Assembly: GCA_035518915.1 (NCBI GenBank)
Contig: DATIXE010000051.1
Coordinates: 5,314-29,313 of the forward strand
Length of the DNA stretch: 24,000 nucleotides
Direction: 5' to 3'
Source of the DNA: Candidatus Eiseniibacteriota bacterium
Lineage (GTDB): Bacteria; Acidobacteriota; Terriglobia; Acidiferrales; UBA7541
In this document: one piece after another, positions 21,654 to 24,000 of the stretch
Layout of the letters: each line of letters opens with the position of its first letter
Position numbering within the stretch: position 1 is the first letter of the stretch
Notes under the pieces: model-generated
Seen by the model: the letters and a program-made list of their open reading frames with translations, nothing else
Told to the model about the DNA's origin: nothing
The model's database searches: none
Translations under genes and position numbers: made by a program

Positions 21654-24000
21654 CTAACCCAACGTTGCGTCCAGAACTTCGCGGAGAAGGTCCTTTTTTT
21701 GCGGCGAAAGCTTCGTTCCCTGGGCAGTCAGATAAAAGACGTCAATTGCCTTCTGTCCCTCGGTATCGATTAGTGCAACGTCGATGTTGCATCCCTGCCT
21801 TGCCAGCGCGGATCCAACTTCATAGAGCAAACCTGGCCGATCCTGCGTGACCACTTCCATTAGCGTGGAGTGATCCGACGAATTGTCATCAAACTGAATG
21901 GACGTACGGAAGGTAACCTTGGGTGGCTTCGCCAAGGCAGCGGCCAGGCGGCCCTTCAAGAGCGGCTCCAGGGGTTGCTCGCCGTTGACTACGTCCGCAA
22001 TGCTTTGCTGTAGCCGGGTGTGTTCGCTGGGATTGAGCTCCAGCGTGTGGTGGAGATCCACGAAATGAAATGTATCCAGCACCACACCCGCGGAATTTGC
22101 GAAAGCATCCGCCTTGACGATATTCATCCCCCACGCGGCCAATGCGCCGGAGATCGCGGCGAACAGAGCGGGGCGGTCCGCGGAAAGCAGCGTAAGCTCG
22201 AACGCATGCTGGCGTTCCTTTAGATGGGTTTGCACCGGCTGTTCTCCAAGCTTCTCGTACAGCGAAAAGTGCAAGGCAATCTCTTCGGGCGAATGCACGG
22301 AGAGATACCGCCGGGGGAAGCCTTCGAGGAACCGCTCCATCTCCGCTTTCGATGCCTGTCCGGATTGCTGCTTCACTTCTTCGAGTAGCAGGGCTTCGTC
22401 CGAAACGTGCAAACGATCGCGATCGACGGTGCGACTGAAGTGGTTGGACGTGGCGACGAAGAGCTGCCAGAGCATTTCCGATTTCCAGGGAGTCAACGCC
22501 TCTGGATTTACAGCGTGAATGTCCGCATAGGTCAAGAGGCAGAGCCGCTGGAGGCGCTCCTGAGAGTTGACCACGGCCGCGAACCCGGAAACCGTCGCGG
22601 GGTCGAAGATGTCGCGGCGCTGCACAGTGGCAGACATATCGAGATGGTGTTCGATGAGAAAATGGACCTCGTTCTTTTCTTCCGGAGTCAGGTCCAAACG
22701 GGCGGCCGCAGTTTCGAGAGCCTGCAGGCTGCCGGCCACGTGGCTTTCCACGGGCATCCCCTTGCCCACATCGTGGAGCAGCAAAGAAAGAATCAGCAAA
22801 TCCCGGCGCTCGACGGTCCGCCACAGCGGAGCGAATTGTGTGGCGCGCGCGTCCGCCGGGGCCCCGAGTTCCTGCAGGTGTTCGATGGCCCTGAGCGAAT
22901 GTTCGTCCACAGTGTAGCGGTGATAAAAATCACGGACCACCAGGGAATCAATTGCCCGGAATTCTGGCAGCACCTCGATCAACAAACCTAGGCGGTGCAT
23001 TGGCCGCAGTGCGAGCGACGGAAAGTCGCCACCGAGGATGTCACTCAACACCGGCCACGTGATGCGCGTATTTTTCTGCGGTATCTCGGGATGGGTCATG
23101 ATGTAGGCAATCCCGCGCTCTGCTTCGCGGCTTAACGAGACGCCAAGGTGCGCCGATTCCGTGAGGAATCCGTAGATGGCCTGGCGGTCCGAAAAAGCCT
23201 GCTCATTGGATAGCTCGAGCAGGCCGTCGCGGACAGTAAATGGTTTCCCGTTTGGAGCCTCGGCCTTCGTGCCGGGCATCGCGTTCATGAGCCGCTGGCG
23301 CAAAGAAAGCGCCGTGGCGGGGCGTTGCTCCATATATCTGAGCAATTGGCGGTTGAGCGTGCGGGCATGGCGGAAATAGAGGCGCATCCATTCGGCGGCG
23401 TTGCGACGAAGGTTGTCGTCAACCCCGAGCAGGCGCTCTGCAGCCTCGGCCTGGAGTTCGTAGGTGAGGGTATTGTCGTTGCGGGCGTTGCTGTAGTGCA
23501 GGAAACAACGGATGCCGCTCAAAAACTCGACCGCGCTCCGGGTCATCTCGTCTTCGTTCAGTGGGCTGATCCGGGGATCGCGGCGGTCCCCCGCGAGCTG
23601 CCGCATCCAGACCGTGGTGTGGTAATCGCGGAGGCCACCGGGTGCTTCCTTCACGTTCGGTTCCAGGTGAAAAATTGTATTGCCGTACCGCGAAAGCCGT
23701 TCGCGGGTGAGTCTCTGCAGTTCCGAGAGGAGGAGCGGCCGGGCTTGCTTTTCGGGGCCCGCCAGGATTTTGGAATTTAGTCTTTCGAAGAGTTGCAGAT
23801 CGCCGTCCAGAAACCGGCGGTCCAGCATAGCAAGATGGAATTCCGCGTTGGATTCTTCTATGGATTTGCACTCGTCCAGCGTGCGTCCCGCAGAACTCAC
23901 GCGAAAGCCCAGGTCCCAGAGGGTGCGGGAAAATTCCGAAATCAACGGCCTGAATTCGCCCTCAGCTTTTTCACTCCCGAACAAAAACAGGAGGTCCAGA
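21654..24000 (-). CDS. glnD: [Protein-PII] uridylyltransferase/uridylyl-removing enzyme, N-terminus outside the window
   Basis: The ORF stays open to the window edge (..LDLLFLFGSEK belongs to the nucleotidyltransferase motif). It has the HD domain (LLLHDVGKG) and two C-terminal ACT domains (ELTLLSADRPALFAAISGALAAWGMNI and LMEVVTQDRPGLLYEVGSALARQGCNI). Confidence 0.92.
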   Translation of the reverse strand, partial: LDLLFLFGSEKAEGEFRPLISEFSRTLWDLGFRVSSAGRTLDECKSIEESNAEFHLAMLDRRFLDGDLQLFERLNSKILAGPEKQARPLLLSELQRLTRERLSRYGNTIFHLEPNVKEAPGGLRDYHTTVWMRQLAGDRRDPRISPLNEDEMTRSAVEFLSGIRCFLHYSNARNDNTLTYELQAEAAERLLGVDDNLRRNAAEWMRLYFRHARTLNRQLLRYMEQRPATALSLRQRLMNAMPGTKAEAPNGKPFTVRDGLLELSNEQAFSDRQAIYGFLTESAHLGVSLSREAERGIAYIMTHPEIPQKNTRITWPVLSDILGGDFPSLALRPMHRLGLLIEVLPEFRAIDSLVVRDFYHRYTVDEHSLRAIEHLQELGAPADARATQFAPLWRTVERRDLLILSLLLHDVGKGMPVESHVAGSLQALETAAARLDLTPEEKNEVHFLIEHHLDMSATVQRRDIFDPATVSGFAAVVNSQERLQRLCLLTYADIHAVNPEALTPWKSEMLWQLFVATSNHFSRTVDRDRLHVSDEALLLEEVKQQSGQASKAEMERFLEGFPRRYLSVHSPEEIALHFSLYEKLGEQPVQTHLKERQHAFELTLLSADRPALFAAISGALAAWGMNIVKADAFANSAGVVLDTFHFVDLHHTLELNPSEHTRLQQSIADVVNGEQPLEPLLKGRLAAALAKPPKVTFRTSIQFDDNSSDHSTLMEVVTQDRPGLLYEVGSALARQGCNIDVALIDTEGQKAIDVFYLTAQGTKLSPQKKDLLREVLDATLG

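Overview
This is 24 kb of chromosomal DNA from a moderately GC-rich bacterium. The gene content (CRTAC1/ASPIC-UnbV protein, fused membrane/spermidine-synthase-like protein, ECF regulation) would fit an Acidobacteriota-like soil organism, but the taxon is inference only. I support 26 protein-coding genes. Two are cut by the window edges: atpD on the left and glnD on the right. I found no rRNA or tRNA genes, no CRISPR array and no transposase or integrase. The left third (1-7.2 kb) is ordinary: the end of the ATP synthase operon, a glutaredoxin-like gene, nagA, a small secreted Cys protein, an FG-GAP/ASPIC protein, a CocE/NonD hydrolase and a membrane protein. The centre (7.25-16.2 kb) is the interesting part. 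An ECF sigma factor and a short soluble zinc-type (ZAS) anti-sigma factor sit divergently next to a tightly packed 11-gene island. The island encodes a YHS-domain Cys protein, DoxX, a DinB-like protein, a DedA/VTT-ATP-grasp fusion, an NRDE/TANGO2-like protein, an SDR, two mini membrane proteins, a ferric-reductase-domain-Rieske fusion, a membrane-anchored Cys/His protein and a DUF1223 CxxC protein. One 30-nt ECF-type promoter motif occurs four times. One copy faces the sigma gene and the other three lie in intergenic gaps of the island (8143-8408, 12280-12357, 15279-15371). This argues that the island is the regulon of the adjacent sigma factor. I cannot map this gene combination to any described pathway. 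My reading is a stress-induced envelope redox or small-molecule system, and that is inference. The right third holds a tandem universal stress protein, a globin-coupled histidine kinase with a translationally coupled response regulator, a fused membrane/spermidine-synthase-like protein, and most of glnD. All calls come from reading the sequence and ORF translations by eye. No database search was run.
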